Shown here piece after piece: positions 63,771 to 64,000 of a DNA stretch of 64,000 nucleotides. Within the stretch, counting starts at the first letter, position 1, and every line of letters begins with the position of its first letter. Origin of the DNA: Balanoglossus misakiensis. Its lineage: Eukaryota; Animalia; Hemichordata. Position numbers and translations under genes: made by a program. The stretch spans positions 5,419,808 to 5,483,807 of the forward strand of contig CM082585.2 of NCBI GenBank assembly GCA_040954595.2. The letters are read 5' to 3'. The notes below the pieces were generated by a model, which had not been told where the DNA came from, made no database searches, and saw only the letters and a program-made list of their open reading frames with translations.

Positions 63771-63983
63771 GTATTTATAAAAGGAAAATACATTTTGGAC
63801 TACTTCTAGTACTTAATCTATTCTTTTCTGACAAAAATTGAACAGGCATTTGTTGTTGTACAGAAGACGGGGCAGATAGAATAAATTTTATTGAATTTTT
63901 TTTCCAAGAAAAAGACATATCTGTAGATATTTTTCCACCCAGAATTATCCAAATATCACAGATAAACCTACAAATTGTCGCAA

Positions 63984-64000
63984 TTTTAGTTTTATAACAG
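63984..64000 (+). other. Probable splice acceptor for the next DGK exon (C1 domain expected just beyond the window)
   Basis: The window ends in ttttagtttttataacAG, 230 nt after the exon D donor. The following exon is not visible, so this cannot be confirmed. Confidence 0.35.

Overview
This is AT-rich eukaryotic (animal) genomic DNA, not prokaryotic. It contains no operons, rRNA/tRNA genes or CRISPR arrays, and almost all ORF-track entries are chance ORFs or translated microsatellites. The window lies inside the 5' part of one + strand gene, a type II diacylglycerol kinase (DGKH/DGKD-like). Four short phase-0 GT-AG exons (27979-28026, 32312-32374, 60123-60203, 63666-63770) splice into a complete 99-aa PH domain: PCIREGYLHKQTNSFQ|RWKPRYFKLRGKKLYYAKDEK|[27 protein letters not shown]|[35 protein letters not shown]. 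The introns are 4.3, 27.7 and 3.5 kb, and the main first exon is probably upstream of the window. The introns hold several non-autonomous DNA-transposon (MITE) families: TA-flanked Tc1/mariner type, two TTAA-flanked Kolobok types, and a tiny piggyBac type. They also hold microsatellites and local tandem duplications. The most striking object is a 1.32-kb fold-back element (51176-52497) with near-identical ~575-bp inverted arms and a perfect 7/9-bp target-site duplication. Other signals worth checking are a strong excess of TACATGTA (probable excision footprints), many RFX X-box motifs, candidate alternative first exons, and an extra intron splitting the first PH exon. The repeat landscape suggests a marine invertebrate deuterostome, possibly a hemichordate; this is recollection and inference, not verified. 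I found no novel protein-coding system that I can support.
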